Shown here: in pieces, positions 1 to 10,154 of the stretch | How the letters are laid out: each line of letters starts with the position of its first letter | Numbering within the stretch: the stretch's first letter is position 1 | Source: Vulcanimicrobiota bacterium | GTDB lineage: Bacteria; Vulcanimicrobiota; Vulcanimicrobiia; Vulcanimicrobiales; Vulcanimicrobiaceae | DNA: 64,000 nt | Direction: 5' to 3' | Assembly (NCBI GenBank): GCA_963795855.1 | Contig: CAWCIZ010000002.1 | Coordinates: forward strand, 96,001-160,000 | The notes under the pieces: model-generated | Databases searched by the model: none | What the model was told of the DNA's origin: nothing | What the model saw: the letters and a program-made list of their open reading frames with translations, nothing else | Translations under genes and position numbers: made by a program

Positions 1-131
1 TTCGTCATCCAGCACGGTTCGAGCGCCTGCAGTCCGTACTCGCCGAACGTCAGCGTGTTGCCGCGCAGCGACTTTCCGCGCATGCGGCCGCGGTGCACTT
101 TCCGCCACTTGACTCGCTTGGGTGTTAGCAT
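1..131 (-). CDS. rplP: 50S ribosomal protein uL16 (5' part, runs off the window)
   Basis: Manual translation from ATG 131: [39 protein letters not shown]; follows rpsC. Confidence 0.97.
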   Translation of the reverse strand, partial: MLTPKRVKWRKVHRGRMRGKSLRGNTLTFGEYGLQALEPCWMT

Positions 132-979
132 TACTCGGCCACCTCGGGGGCTGCTGGTTCGGGAACGCTCGTTTGCGCTTCCGATTGAACGGGCGCATCC
201 GAACCGCTCGCATCAGGTACGTGTACTTGCGCTTCCGCACTGTCGGGAGTAGGACGCGGGGCGCCTCCGCGGCGTCCCCGGCCGCCGCGATCGCGCCGAT
301 CGCGGAACTGCGGACGATCGCCGCGTCCGGCCTCACGCTCGCCGCGCGCATGCTCGGGCAGCACTTCTCCGCGGTAAATCCAAACTTTCACGCCGATTCG
401 GCCAAACGTTGTAAACGCTTCAACGTGCGCATAGTCGATGTCCGCGCGCAGCGTATGCAACGGCACCTTCCCGTCGTGGTTGCGCTCGGTGCGCGCGATT
501 TCCGCGCCGCCCAGGCGCCCGGAAACCTGCACCTTGACGCCGCGAGCGCCGGCTTTCATGGTACGCATGATCGCCTGTTTCATCGCGCGGCGGAACGCAA
601 TGCGCTTCTCCAACTGATCGACGATGTTTTGACCGACCAGACGCGCATCCAGTTCCGGATGCTTGATTTCCATGACGTTGACTTGGACGCTCTTGCCGGT
701 CAACTTTTCGAGGTTCTTGCGAATCTCTTCGATGCCCACGCCGCGCTTGCCGATGATGATACCCGGCTTGCCCGTGTTGACGATTACGCGGGCCTGATTG
801 GCGCGCCGCTCGATTTCGATCTTGCTGATCGCCGCGGGGCGCATCCAGCGCGTGAAATACTTGCGGATCTTGACGTCTTCGTGCAGCCAGTCCTTATAAT
901 GCTTTTTCTCGAACCAGCGGCTGTCCCACGTGCGCGTGATGCCCAGACGCAGGCCGACCGGATGAATTTTTTGTCCCAT
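131..979 (-). CDS. rpsC: 30S ribosomal protein uS3 with C-terminal extension
   Basis: [13 protein letters not shown] start, [10 protein letters not shown] and [14 protein letters not shown] motifs. Confidence 0.99.
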   Translation of the reverse strand: MGQKIHPVGLRLGITRTWDSRWFEKKHYKDWLHEDVKIRKYFTRWMRPAAISKIEIERRANQARVIVNTGKPGIIIGKRGVGIEEIRKNLEKLTGKSVQVNVMEIKHPELDARLVGQNIVDQLEKRIAFRRAMKQAIMRTMKAGARGVKVQVSGRLGGAEIARTERNHDGKVPLHTLRADIDYAHVEAFTTFGRIGVKVWIYRGEVLPEHARGEREAGRGDRPQFRDRRDRGGRGRRGGAPRPTPDSAEAQVHVPDASGSDAPVQSEAQTSVPEPAAPEVAE

Positions 980-981
980 GG

Positions 982-1497
982 TTACTCCGTAGCTCCTGCG
1001 GCTGCAGCTTTCTTCGTGGTCCGTTTACGGGGCGCCGGCTTTTTCGCGGGTGCTGCCGCAGCAGTCGTCTTGCGCGTGGTCGCGCGTTTGACGCCAACGG
1101 CCGCGCCGCCGCGCGCCTTGCGCTTCTTCACGGGCGGTTTCTCTGCGACGGCGACGGTCACGTGCGACATACGCTTGCGTTTGAAATTGGCGCGGCCTTG
1201 TGCACGCGGATCCAGGCGTTTGGTGAAACGGCCCCCGGGACCGCCGTCGACCGTCACGCGCGTGACGTACAGAGCGTCAGTGTTCATGTCGTGATTGTTT
1301 TCGGCGTTGGCGACCGCGCTGCGAAGCAGCTTCTCGATCGGCTCCGCCGCGAAGACACCGGCGAACTGCAGCATCACGAGCGCTTCCTTCACGCTCTTGC
1401 CGCGAATCGCGTCGGCCACTCGGCGCAGTTTGCGCGGGCCCATGCGCGCGAACTTCAAGTGTGCTACGGCTTCCGTACGTTGCGTTTCCTGCGCCAT
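982..1497 (-). CDS. rplV: 50S ribosomal protein uL22 with Lys/Ala-rich tail
   Basis: [30 protein letters not shown]...KRMSHVTV; operon order. Confidence 0.98.
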   Translation of the reverse strand: MAQETQRTEAVAHLKFARMGPRKLRRVADAIRGKSVKEALVMLQFAGVFAAEPIEKLLRSAVANAENNHDMNTDALYVTRVTVDGGPGGRFTKRLDPRAQGRANFKRKRMSHVTVAVAEKPPVKKRKARGGAAVGVKRATTRKTTAAAAPAKKPAPRKRTTKKAAAAGATE

Positions 1498-1498
1498 G

Positions 1499-1774
1499 CT
1501 ACTTCACCGCCGCCTTGTCGCCGCCGTGACCGCGGAAAGTGCGCGTCGGCGCGAACTCGCCCAATTTGTGCCCGACCATGTTTTCGGTAACGAACACCGG
1601 AACGTGCGCTTTGCCGTTGTGCACGCCGATCGTGTGGCCCACCATAGACGGAACGATCGTCGAAGCGCGGCTCCACGTCTTGACGACGCGCTTTTCGCGC
1701 CGCTCGTTCATTCCTTCGATCTTCTTCATCAGATGGTCCGCAATGTACGGACCCTTCTTTAAACTACGTCCCAT
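1499..1774 (-). CDS. rpsS: 30S ribosomal protein uS19
   Basis: MGRSLKKGP...KTWSRAS...[15 protein letters not shown]; start moved to ATG 1774. Confidence 0.99.
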   Translation of the reverse strand: MGRSLKKGPYIADHLMKKIEGMNERREKRVVKTWSRASTIVPSMVGHTIGVHNGKAHVPVFVTENMVGHKLGEFAPTRTFRGHGGDKAAVK

Positions 1775-1781
1775 TCTACTC

Positions 1782-1884
1782 GCGCTCCGCTCTGAGCTGC
1801 GCGCCCCCCATTGCAAACAACGGGGCCTCCGGGCCATGGGGCGCATAAACTGCACTGCTAACTTGGGCGTTCCCCGAGGGCGCC
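1782..1884 (-). repeat. 103-bp dispersed structured repeat, copy 1 (rplB-rpsS spacer)
   Basis: Aligns by eye with 51316-51418 (+): GGCGCCCwCGGGGArCGC..GTTAGCAGT..TTTA.GCGCC..GGCCCC-hairpin-GGGGGGCGCG..AGCGC. Confidence 0.8.
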
Positions 1885-1900
1885 CCAACGAAAATTTTCA

Positions 1901-2728
1901 TCACTTGCTACCACGCTTGCGAACGATCATGTTTTGCGTGCGCTTGTTGCGGCGCGTCTTTTTGCCCATCGTCATCTGTCCCCAAGGCGTGGTGGGCGGA
2001 CGACCGGAAGTCGAACGCGCTTCGCCGCCGCCGTGCGGGTGATCCACCGGATTCATTGCGATGCCGCGAACGCTCGGGCGCTTGCCGCGATGACGTTGAC
2101 GCCCCGCTTTGCCGATGATTTCATTTTCGTGCTCGACGTTGCCGAGCTGCCCGACCGTGGCGCGGCAGACAATCAGAATCTTGCGCACTTCGCCGGAAGG
2201 CATGCGCACCTGCGCGTACTCGCCTTCCTTGGCCATCAATTGCGCGGCGCCGCCGGCGCTGCGAACGAGCTTCGCGCCCTGCCCGGGCCGAAGTTCGATG
2301 CTGTGAATGACCGTGCCGACCGGAATGTTCTTGATCGGCAGACAGTTGCCGATCTTGATGTCCGCGTTCGGCCCTGATTCGACGACGTCGCCGACCTTGA
2401 GCCCGAGCGGCGCGAGGATGTAGCGCTTTTCGCCGTCGCGATAATTCAGCAGCGCGATGCGCGCGGAGCGGTTCGGATCGTACTCGAGCGTCGCAACCTT
2501 CGCCGGAATGGCGTCTTTAGCGCGCTTGAAGTCGATGATGCGGTACATCTTGCGCGTACCGCCGCCCTTGTGGCGCACCGTGATGTGCCCGTTGGAATTA
2601 CGGCCCGAGTGTTTTTTGCGTACCTCGATAAGAGACTTCTCGGGGTCGACTTTGCTGAGTTCCGAGAAATCGATCGTCGTCATGAACCGCTTGCCGGCGC
2701 TGGTCGGCTTATATTTTTTTACTGGCAT
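1901..2728 (-). CDS. rplB: 50S ribosomal protein uL2
   Basis: [28 protein letters not shown]. Confidence 0.99.
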   Translation of the reverse strand: MPVKKYKPTSAGKRFMTTIDFSELSKVDPEKSLIEVRKKHSGRNSNGHITVRHKGGGTRKMYRIIDFKRAKDAIPAKVATLEYDPNRSARIALLNYRDGEKRYILAPLGLKVGDVVESGPNADIKIGNCLPIKNIPVGTVIHSIELRPGQGAKLVRSAGGAAQLMAKEGEYAQVRMPSGEVRKILIVCRATVGQLGNVEHENEIIGKAGRQRHRGKRPSVRGIAMNPVDHPHGGGEARSTSGRPPTTPWGQMTMGKKTRRNKRTQNMIVRKRGSK

Positions 2729-2744
2729 GAGGTTGTGTCCCGCC

Positions 2745-3053
2745 CTACTGCTCGAAGTAATTCACGCCGCCCAGTTCGATCTTCTGGCCGGGCTTGAGCG
2801 TGACGACGGCTTTTTTGTAGTCTTTGGTGCGGCCTTGCGTGCGAACGCCGCGGCGCGCGAAGTTCTTGCTTTTACCGCCGACGTTCACCGTATTGACGTT
2901 GACCACGTTCACTTTGAAGATCTCTTCGATCGCGTGACGGATCTGAGTTTTGGTCGCTTCCGGATGAACGACGAAGCTGTATTGCTGACCGAGCGCGTTC
3001 GCCATCGACTTTTCGGTGATCCGCGGAGACACGATAACGTCGCGTGCGTCCAT
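2745..3053 (-). CDS. rplW: 50S ribosomal protein uL23
   Basis: PRITEKS...[16 protein letters not shown]...YKKAVVTL. Confidence 0.98.
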   Translation of the reverse strand: MDARDVIVSPRITEKSMANALGQQYSFVVHPEATKTQIRHAIEEIFKVNVVNVNTVNVGGKSKNFARRGVRTQGRTKDYKKAVVTLKPGQKIELGGVNYFEQ

Positions 3054-3054
3054 T

Positions 3055-3712
3055 CTACTTGTCTCCGTTCTTCGCGAGCGTGCCGACGAGTCTGCGCGTA
3101 CGCGTCCGCCGTGAAAAGGATGCGATTGTAGCGCAGGACGTCTTTCACGTCGAGCGCGCCGGTGTGCGTGATGCCCACTTTGCGCAAGTTGCGTCCGACG
3201 CGGTGCAGCCGGTCACCGACCTGTTCGTCACGGCCGAAAACGACGAGTGTCGACGGGCCGTTCTTGGCCTCTTTCGCGCTGCCGAAAAGCAGACTCGCGA
3301 ACTGCGAGGTCTTCTCGATTGTGAAGTTGCTCGCGTCGAGCACCGTGACGGCGTCGTTGCGGAAGCGATCGGCGAGCGCGGCGAGAAACGCGGCGCGCCG
3401 TTCTTTTTTGTTCAGGTCCGTGACGTAACTGCGGGGCTGCGGGCCGAAGACCACGCCGCCGTGCATCCACTGCGGCGAACGAATCGAACCTTGGCGCGCG
3501 CGGCCGGTGCCCTTTTGGCGCCACGGCTTGCGTCCGCCGCCGCTGACTTCATCGCGCTTCTTCGTCGAAGCGGTGCCGGCGCGCGGGTTGGCGAGTTCGC
3601 GATAAACCGCGCGAAAGATCGCGTGCTGCTTGTCGCTGTATTCCTGATTGAAAACTTCCGGCGTCTGCTCTTCGCGAACGATCTTTCCGGTTGCGTCGAT
3701 AACGTTAGGCAT
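3055..3712 (-). CDS. rplD: 50S ribosomal protein uL4 (apparent 1-nt indel near 3090)
   Basis: [27 protein letters not shown]; a one-base shift near 3090 gives ...[11 protein letters not shown] ending at TAG 3057-3055, just before rplW. Confidence 0.95.
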
Positions 3713-4337
3713 TCGCCACCGCCTTCACGCTCTTACGCACGACCACGAGTGCGTTCTTCGGACCGGGGATCGGGCCGCGCACGAGCAGCAAGTTGCGCTC
3801 CGTGTCGGCTTTCACGATTTCCAAATTTTGATGGGTGGTGCGATCGACGCCGAAATGACCCGGACGGCGGCTGCCTTTGACGGTGCGTCCCGCGTTCGTG
3901 TCGCCGTTCGAAGCGGGTTGGCGGTGAATCATCGAGCCGTGGCTCGCGCCGCCGCCGCTGAAGTTGTGGCGCTTGATACCGCCGGCGAAACCGTGACCCT
4001 TCGATATGCCCACCACGTCGACGCGATCGCCGGGGACGAACTCCGACACGGTGATCGTTTGGCCTGCCTGCACGCCGTCGATGTCGTCGCGAAATTCGCG
4101 AACCCACCGTTTGGGCTCCGCGTCGTTCTTCTTATAATGTCCGGCAAGGGCACGCGAGACGCGCGACTTTTTGATGTCGCCGAAAGCGAGGGCGACGGCT
4201 TCGTAGCCGTGCTTCTCCTTCGTTCTGCGCTCGACCACCGTGCAGGGACCGGCTGCAATCACCGTGACCGGCACGTAACGGCCGTCATCGGTGAACACGC
4301 TCGTCATCCCAACCTTGCGGCCAAGGATGTTCTTCAT
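3705..4337 (-). CDS. rplC: 50S ribosomal protein uL3
   Basis: MKNILGRKVGMT...SKGHGFAGGIKRHNF...VRGPIPG; GAGGA RBS upstream of ATG 4337. Confidence 0.99.
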   Translation of the reverse strand: MKNILGRKVGMTSVFTDDGRYVPVTVIAAGPCTVVERRTKEKHGYEAVALAFGDIKKSRVSRALAGHYKKNDAEPKRWVREFRDDIDGVQAGQTITVSEFVPGDRVDVVGISKGHGFAGGIKRHNFSGGGASHGSMIHRQPASNGDTNAGRTVKGSRRPGHFGVDRTTHQNLEIVKADTERNLLLVRGPIPGPKNALVVVRKSVKAVANA

Positions 4338-4499
4338 GTAAATCCTCGTCCTCGGCTTCTGCTTTCCGTGCGGTCGTCGTTGCCGCGAGACGCGAAACCA
4401 GGAGCCTTCGATGTGAAGTACACTGACCCAAGCGTACTGCATTATTTCTTCCACCGGCACACGGAAAAGACCGCGGCCGGCGTGGGCCACAACCTGGGC

Positions 4500-4528
4500 A
4501 GTTTACCAGGAACGCCCGTAGGCGTCAA
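4500..4528 (-). promoter_or_regulatory. sigma70-type promoter for the rplC sub-operon
   Basis: TTGACG-17 nt-TAAACT on the minus strand, with TG at the extended -10 position, about 160 nt upstream of rplC. Confidence 0.75.
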
Positions 4529-4682
4529 GCAGAACGGGTCAGTTGTGTATCGGTCGCCCGCTGGGCGGCGCCGGCGCCCGCACTTCAAACAGCCGAGCGC
4601 GCCGTCGGGCATGCCGTGGATGCCCACACGGGGAGACTGCACGCCAGCACGCCCGCAACGCAGCTCAAGAACGTCTTTGCGA

Positions 4683-5108
4683 TCATCGCGTGGACCTTGC
4701 AGCGGGTCGGGGCGACGGCGGCGCTTTCGGCGGCGCCGTACCTTTACAGGTTGAACTTACGAAATGGATCGCGGCGTACCCCTGAGCGGGTCGAGGCGGA
4801 TCCACCGCATACTGTGCCTCGTGTATGCCGGGACCGCAAGAAGTTGCCATGAGCATCGAGCGCGGGTCCGGGCTCATCGGTTCGTACGAACAGGTCGTCG
4901 TGCAGATTTGCACCCGCTTGAGCCACTCAGACGGCGAAAGGTCGCCGACGCTCAGCGGTTCGGCCGACGCCGCACAATAATACACTCCCGAAGCGACGGA
5001 CAAATACGGTATGCGCGACGTCGCATCGGATGCCGGCGGAGCAGGACAAGCATCGGCCAAGCCGCTCGTCAAGAAGAACAGGGCGAAGACGCCGAAAATT
5101 TTCTTCAT
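4683..5108 (-). CDS. Secreted Cys-rich hypothetical protein
   Basis: Signal peptide MKKIFGVFALFFLTSGLADA; six Cys. Confidence 0.6.
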   Translation of the reverse strand: MKKIFGVFALFFLTSGLADACPAPPASDATSRIPYLSVASGVYYCAASAEPLSVGDLSPSEWLKRVQICTTTCSYEPMSPDPRSMLMATSCGPGIHEAQYAVDPPRPAQGYAAIHFVSSTCKGTAPPKAPPSPRPAARSTR

Positions 5109-5175
5109 TCGACAAACTCCAGCGGCCGAAGCCGAGTGCGCCTGCTTCCATTGTACTGCGCGGCGGCGCGTTCTG

Positions 5176-5649
5176 CTACATGTTCGTGGCCTTCATCGCC
5201 GGATCCGGAATGCCGTTCGGGCAGATCTTCGCTTGGTCTGCCGCCGAGACGTAATACGCATGCACATCATAGTGCGGAACGGGAAAACCTTCGTGCCCGT
5301 TCGGTTCGAATGCGACGTCGACGTGATCGATGTGGTAGCCGGGCAGCGCGCGCAAATTTGCGTAGCTGAAACCCTTCTTCAATTGCGCGACCGATACCAT
5401 GATTTCGGTGAATACCGGTTTGCCGTTCCACGTGCCGTAAATCGGCCCGAGCGGCAGGTTTTTCAAAACCGCCCAGTGCTCGCCCATCGTTTGAATACAC
5501 GGCGACACCATGACGGCGCCGCTTGGAATACCGGCCGGATGAACTTGGGGCTGCGGCGGAAGTTGCGGCATGCCTTTCGAAGGCGCTGCAACCGCGAGGC
5601 ACGTACTGGCCGCGAAAGCGAAGGCGAAGAGCGTAAAGCGTGTGAACAT
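5176..5649 (-). CDS. Secreted His-rich protein (DUF5602/TTHB210-like)
   Basis: Signal peptide; DHVD...GHEGFPVPHYDVH motif; AGGAGG RBS. Confidence 0.7.
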   Translation of the reverse strand: MFTRFTLFAFAFAASTCLAVAAPSKGMPQLPPQPQVHPAGIPSGAVMVSPCIQTMGEHWAVLKNLPLGPIYGTWNGKPVFTEIMVSVAQLKKGFSYANLRALPGYHIDHVDVAFEPNGHEGFPVPHYDVHAYYVSAADQAKICPNGIPDPAMKATNM

Positions 5650-5676
5650 GCTTCCTCCTTACAGGGAGAAATCCGT

Positions 5677-7487
5677 TCATTTACCGCGCGCCGCTTCCTT
5701 TCGCTGCGTTGCAAAAGGGGACAAACGGCTCAGCGAACGGATTCGCACGCGGCGCGTTTCGGCCGAAAGTCCGCGCTTCCACGCATCGAGCAGATCGTCG
5801 ACGGTCAGAATTCCGACCCATACACCTGCGTCGTCGACGACTGCGACGCTGCGTCGTCCGCGCGACGCCATCACGCTCGCGGCCGCGCGTACCCGATCTT
5901 CGGGATGCACGGTGACGGGTTTTAGTGCGAGCGATGCAATGGTCGTCCGTTCGGCGTCCGCTGCGTGCGCGCGCTGGAGAATCGTCCCGTGCGCAACGAA
6001 TCCGGAAATATCGCCCGCGGCATCGACGACGGGATATTCCAAGTAGTGAAGCTGCCGATCCAATTCCGTCAAACGCCGTGCGATCTGCGCGATCGTTGCG
6101 CGATCGTCGAGAACGACTAGCCGTTCGCGCGCAACCATGACGGTGTGCACGGCGATCAATTCTAGCGGATGCACGGAATACTCGCGCGCGACGTGCATAC
6201 CGCGGCGCGCAAGCTTCTCCGTCAAGATCGATCGGGGTACGAAGATGACCGTGAACGCCGTTGCCGCCACGCAGCCGATAAAGATCGGCGGCAGCAATCC
6301 CCATGCGTGCGTGGTTTCCAACGCGAACATCGTCGCCATGAAGGGCGCGCGCATGGTGCCGCCCATAATCGCCGCCATGCCCACCGCCGCCCAAACGCTC
6401 GCATCGTGTCCCGGGATCGCGACCGCGAACAGCGTGCCCATTGCTCCGCCAATCATCAGCAGCGGAGCGAGTACGCCGCCGGACGTGCCGGAACTCAGTG
6501 CCGCAATCCAGATTACGATCTTCACCACGATGATCGCGGCTACGACGCCTACCGCGAGCTGAGCATTGAGCATGCCGTTGATCGTGCCGTATCCTACGCC
6601 GAGCGCCTGCGGAACGAACCAGCCGCCTATACCGACGACTGCGCCCCCGATCGCGGGCCACCACATCCAATGCACGGGAAGCCGCTCGTACGCGTCTTCC
6701 GTCCAATACACCAACTTCGTCATGATCGCCGAGACGAGACCGCCGCCTATTCCGACGATCGCCGCCCATCCGAACGCTTCCGGCGCAATCGTGTGCGGAT
6801 GCGCGACGAGAAACGGCGGGTTCGGTCCGATGATCAGTGCGCGTATCACGTCCGCGATGAAGGCGGCAACGGCGACGGGAATGAAGTGCGCGGTTTCCAT
6901 TCGAATAGCAGCAGCTCGACCGCGATGAGCACCGAAGCGATGGGCGCGCCGAACGTCGCCGCCATTCCGCCGGAGGCGCCGCAGACCAGCAGCGTGCGCC
7001 GCTCGACGGACGAGAGGCGTAAAAACTGGGCGAAAAGCGAACCGAACGCGCCGCCCGTCATGATGATCGGACCTTCGGCACCGAAAGGTCCGCCGGTTCC
7101 GATCGTGATTGCGGAAGCAATCGGTTTCAAATACGCCACGCGCGCTTGAATGATGCTGTCGCGATCGAGAATCGCTTGAATTGCCTCGGGTATACCGTGG
7201 CCCCGAATCTTGTCGGTTCCGAAACGCGCGATGAGTCCGACGACCAGACCGCCGACGATCGGAATGAGGATCGCAACGGGACCGAGCGCGCGAGGATTCG
7301 GCTGAACCAGCGAAGCGCCGACTTCGTGTAAATACAGCGCGTGCGTGATGAACCCGATGAGGACCAGCAGAACTTTCGCGACGACCGCTGACGCGACGCC
7401 GATTACGACGGCAAGCGCGCTCATGAAAAGCAACCGGCGCGGATCGGTCGTGAAATCGGCCAGCTTGCCGCGTTCGGTTTGCGCCAT
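5677..7487 (-). CDS. ClC chloride channel with C-terminal CBS pair (frameshift near 6890)
   Basis: GHGIPEA, GGPFGAEGPII, GTSGGVLAP motifs and CBS domains, spread over ORFs 6846-7487 and 5677-7506. Confidence 0.9.
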
Positions 7488-7568
7488 TGCTGCACATCAT
7501 AACCAAAGACGGCAGCCCGCGCTACGTATTCTGGCGGGTGCCGTCCTCGGAATAACTACGGTTATCTT

Positions 7569-9126
7569 CTAAACGAGCGTCGTCGCTACGAACGTTCCGC
7601 CGTTGTAGAATCCGTACGCGTCGATCACTTGGCCCACGGCGACCGGGCCGTTCACGGTGTAGCCGTTCTGCATTGCGGAAGAGGCATCGACGACGATCGG
7701 CTTCGTGCCGTTGGCGCCGAGCACCATCAGCAGGTTGCCGGTCCGGGCAACTACCAAGCCCTGCACTTGCTGCGGCGCGTACAACCCGTAAGGACCGGAG
7801 GATGCCGGCGTCATGTTCGTATAGCCATATGAAGCGGCGGGCGAAGAGCACGAGCCGTCGCCGTCGGTATCCGCATCGCTCCACACGCAGTTGTCATACG
7901 GTGATGCATATGCGCCGTACTGCGGATACGATCCGTATTGCGGATACGAGTTGTATACCGGATACGTCGCGTTTTGCGGCGCAGCGTATACCGGCGTTTC
8001 GTACACGGGCGTTCCATACGCGGGTGTTCCGTAAGTCGGCGCACCGTACGTGGGCGTGCCGTAGGCGGGGTAGGCGGTCGTGTACGCGTACTGATTGGTG
8101 CATGAATCACCGGCGCCGCCCGAAGCCAACGCGGTGAGCGCAATCGCGGTCAGATTGCTGCCGTTCAGGCTGCCGTTCCCGGTCAACGCACCGATCACGG
8201 CAGGCAGCAGCGCTGCGTACGTCGTTGACGAGGGCCCGTAGCAATACTGAGGCGTCGCGTACGCGTTCCCCATGTACGTCGGCGACGTGTAGAGCTGATA
8301 ACCGCCGTTCTGGTAGGTTACCGGCACCGTAACGTACGAGCCGACGGGAAGAATTTCAGCCGGGTTCGCGACCGCGTAATCGCGCACGACGAGCGGCGTC
8401 GTCGCGATCGGCGGCTGCAGCACGATCTCTCGCCGCGACACGCGGATGACGCGGCCCGCGAGGTATGCGGGATGATACACCATCGGAATCGTGCGGCTGT
8501 GCGCCGCATACGCGGCGCGAATCAATGGCGACGTCACGATGGATCGCGTAACGATCTCACGCCGAACCCGCGGAGCGGAACGAACGTACTGCACGAACGG
8601 CGCGGCGTTCAGCCGGCGAACCTGCCGTACTCGCGGCGTAACCCGCTGCACAAAGTGTGCGCGGCGAACCGGAGCAGCGTAGCGCACGCGGCGAACCGGA
8701 GCGGCGTACCGCACGCGGCGAACCGGAGCGGCGTACCGCACGCGGCGAACCGGAGCGGCGTACCGCACGCGGCGAACCGGAGCGGCGTACCGCACGCGAA
8801 CCGGAGCGGCGTACCGCACGCGAACCGGAGCAGCGTACCGCACGCGAACCGGAGCGGCGTACCGCACGCGGCGAACCGGAGCGGCGTACCGCACGCGAAC
8901 CGGAGCAGCGTACCGCACGCGGCGAACCGGAGCAGCGTACCGCACGCGGCGAACCGGAGCGGCGTAACGCGCGCGAACCGGAGCGGCGTAACGCGCAGGC
9001 GCGGCCGTATGCGTCAGCTCTTTCACGCGTTTGCGCGGATGCAGGCTGAAGCGCGCACAGCACTATCGCTGCGCACGCGGCCGTGGTGGTGATTCCCCTC
9101 AGAAGACTGCTCGTAGAGTTTCGCAT
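7569..9126 (-). CDS. Secreted protein with 13 Arg/Tyr tandem repeats and a Tyr/Gly/Pro-rich C-terminus (frameshift near 9025)
   Basis: Signal peptide MRNSTSSLL...LQPASA from ATG 9126 in one frame; body in ORF 7569-9026. Confidence 0.7.
8660..8995 (-). repeat. Coding tandem repeat, 13 units of 24 or 27 bp encoding (R)VRYAAPVR
   Basis: Recurring gaaccggagc[ga]gcgta unit; no unique spacers. Confidence 0.95.
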
Positions 9127-9213
9127 CGTAGCCTCGCTTGTTCCCAAGTCTGTACGCAAGGGTAACGAGGTTTCGAGGCGTGTCGGTTCGCAGGCGAGCG
9201 CTGCCCGATGGTC

Positions 9214-9795
9214 TTAAGGATCGAAAATCTTTACCAGCATCTCCGAGCGGCTGCGCGCATTTGTTTTCTTGAGCAGCGCTTTGAAATAATCTTTGACCGT
9301 CGAGCGGCTGATGCCCATGTTCGCAGCAATCGCGGGTGCATCCAGTCCATTCATGATGCAGTGCAGGACTTCGGTTTCGCGCTTCGTCAGAGCGTAGCGA
9401 TTGACTGCTCGAGGCAAATGCTCGCGGCGAGTGCGCCTTTCGATCAGCACGGTCGCATACGTCCCGCTTTCGCCGTGAAGCGGAACCACGCGCACGACGA
9501 GCGTGCCCGCCTCGAACAAGAGCGCGCTTTCGCGCTCTTCGGGCGCTTGCTGTTTGCGAAGGGCGGCTTCGATGATAACATGAAGGGCAGCCGGGAGGCG
9601 GCCGGGCTCCCGCTCTGCAGGGTAAGCTTCGCTCAAGCACTCGAGCGCGCGGTTTTCCGCGCACACAATGCGAAGGCCGGGATCGAGCACGATGATATAC
9701 GGCCGGGATCGCCGGTTCAGGATTTCCTGACTTAAGCCGGGCAATGGTGCACCCGCCTGCTGCATCCGAGCTGCCACATCCAGTTGAAGAATCAC
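9214..9795 (-). CDS. LuxR-family HTH regulator with N-terminal PAS-like domain
   Basis: LTKRETEVL...IAANMGISRSTVKDYFKALLKK. Confidence 0.9.
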   Translation of the reverse strand: MILQLDVAARMQQAGAPLPGLSQEILNRRSRPYIIVLDPGLRIVCAENRALECLSEAYPAEREPGRLPAALHVIIEAALRKQQAPEERESALLFEAGTLVVRVVPLHGESGTYATVLIERRTRREHLPRAVNRYALTKRETEVLHCIMNGLDAPAIAANMGISRSTVKDYFKALLKKTNARSRSEMLVKIFDP

Positions 9796-9845
9796 GGTAG
9801 GTAGATAGCCTATCGCTTTCTTACCCGGTCTCGCAATACCCCGGA

Positions 9846-10154
9846 CTAGTCCAAAGTATCCATTCCGCGAACTCTAAACTCTTCGAAGAGCAGCGCGAGC
9901 AAGCGTGGGGCTGCCCGAAGGGGCGTTACACGAAGCGCAACGCTCCCGAGAACCAGCGAGCCGCCTTGGGGACCGAGCTTCTTTGCGGCCTCTTCCACGG
10001 CCGGCGAAAGACGTTCGCGGCTCCAGAGGGCATCGAGCGAAGACGGCGGCGCACTCGCCGCGACTACATTGAAGAATTCGTCCACCAACACTACCGCGGT
10101 CGCGCCGGGCGACCGCTTCACCGACGGGTTCACGCTAATTTCGAGCAACGGCAC
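9846..10154 (-). CDS. Small protein resembling the N-terminal domain of the adjacent LuxR regulator
   Basis: VVLVDEFFNVV/RLSPAV/LRVTPL/LLFEEFRVR versus IIVLDPGLRIV/RLPAAL/VRVVPL/VLIERRTRR; start uncertain. Confidence 0.55.
   Translation of the reverse strand: MPLLEISVNPSVKRSPGATAVVLVDEFFNVVAASAPPSSLDALWSRERLSPAVEEAAKKLGPQGGSLVLGSVALRVTPLRAAPRLLALLFEEFRVRGMDTLD

Noticed and set aside
2909..3054. uL4 extension overlapping rplW
   Set aside because: A one-base shift restores a stop immediately before rplW
8660..8995. CRISPR array
   Set aside because: Units are contiguous 24/27-bp in-frame repeats with no unique spacers, and no cas genes are present
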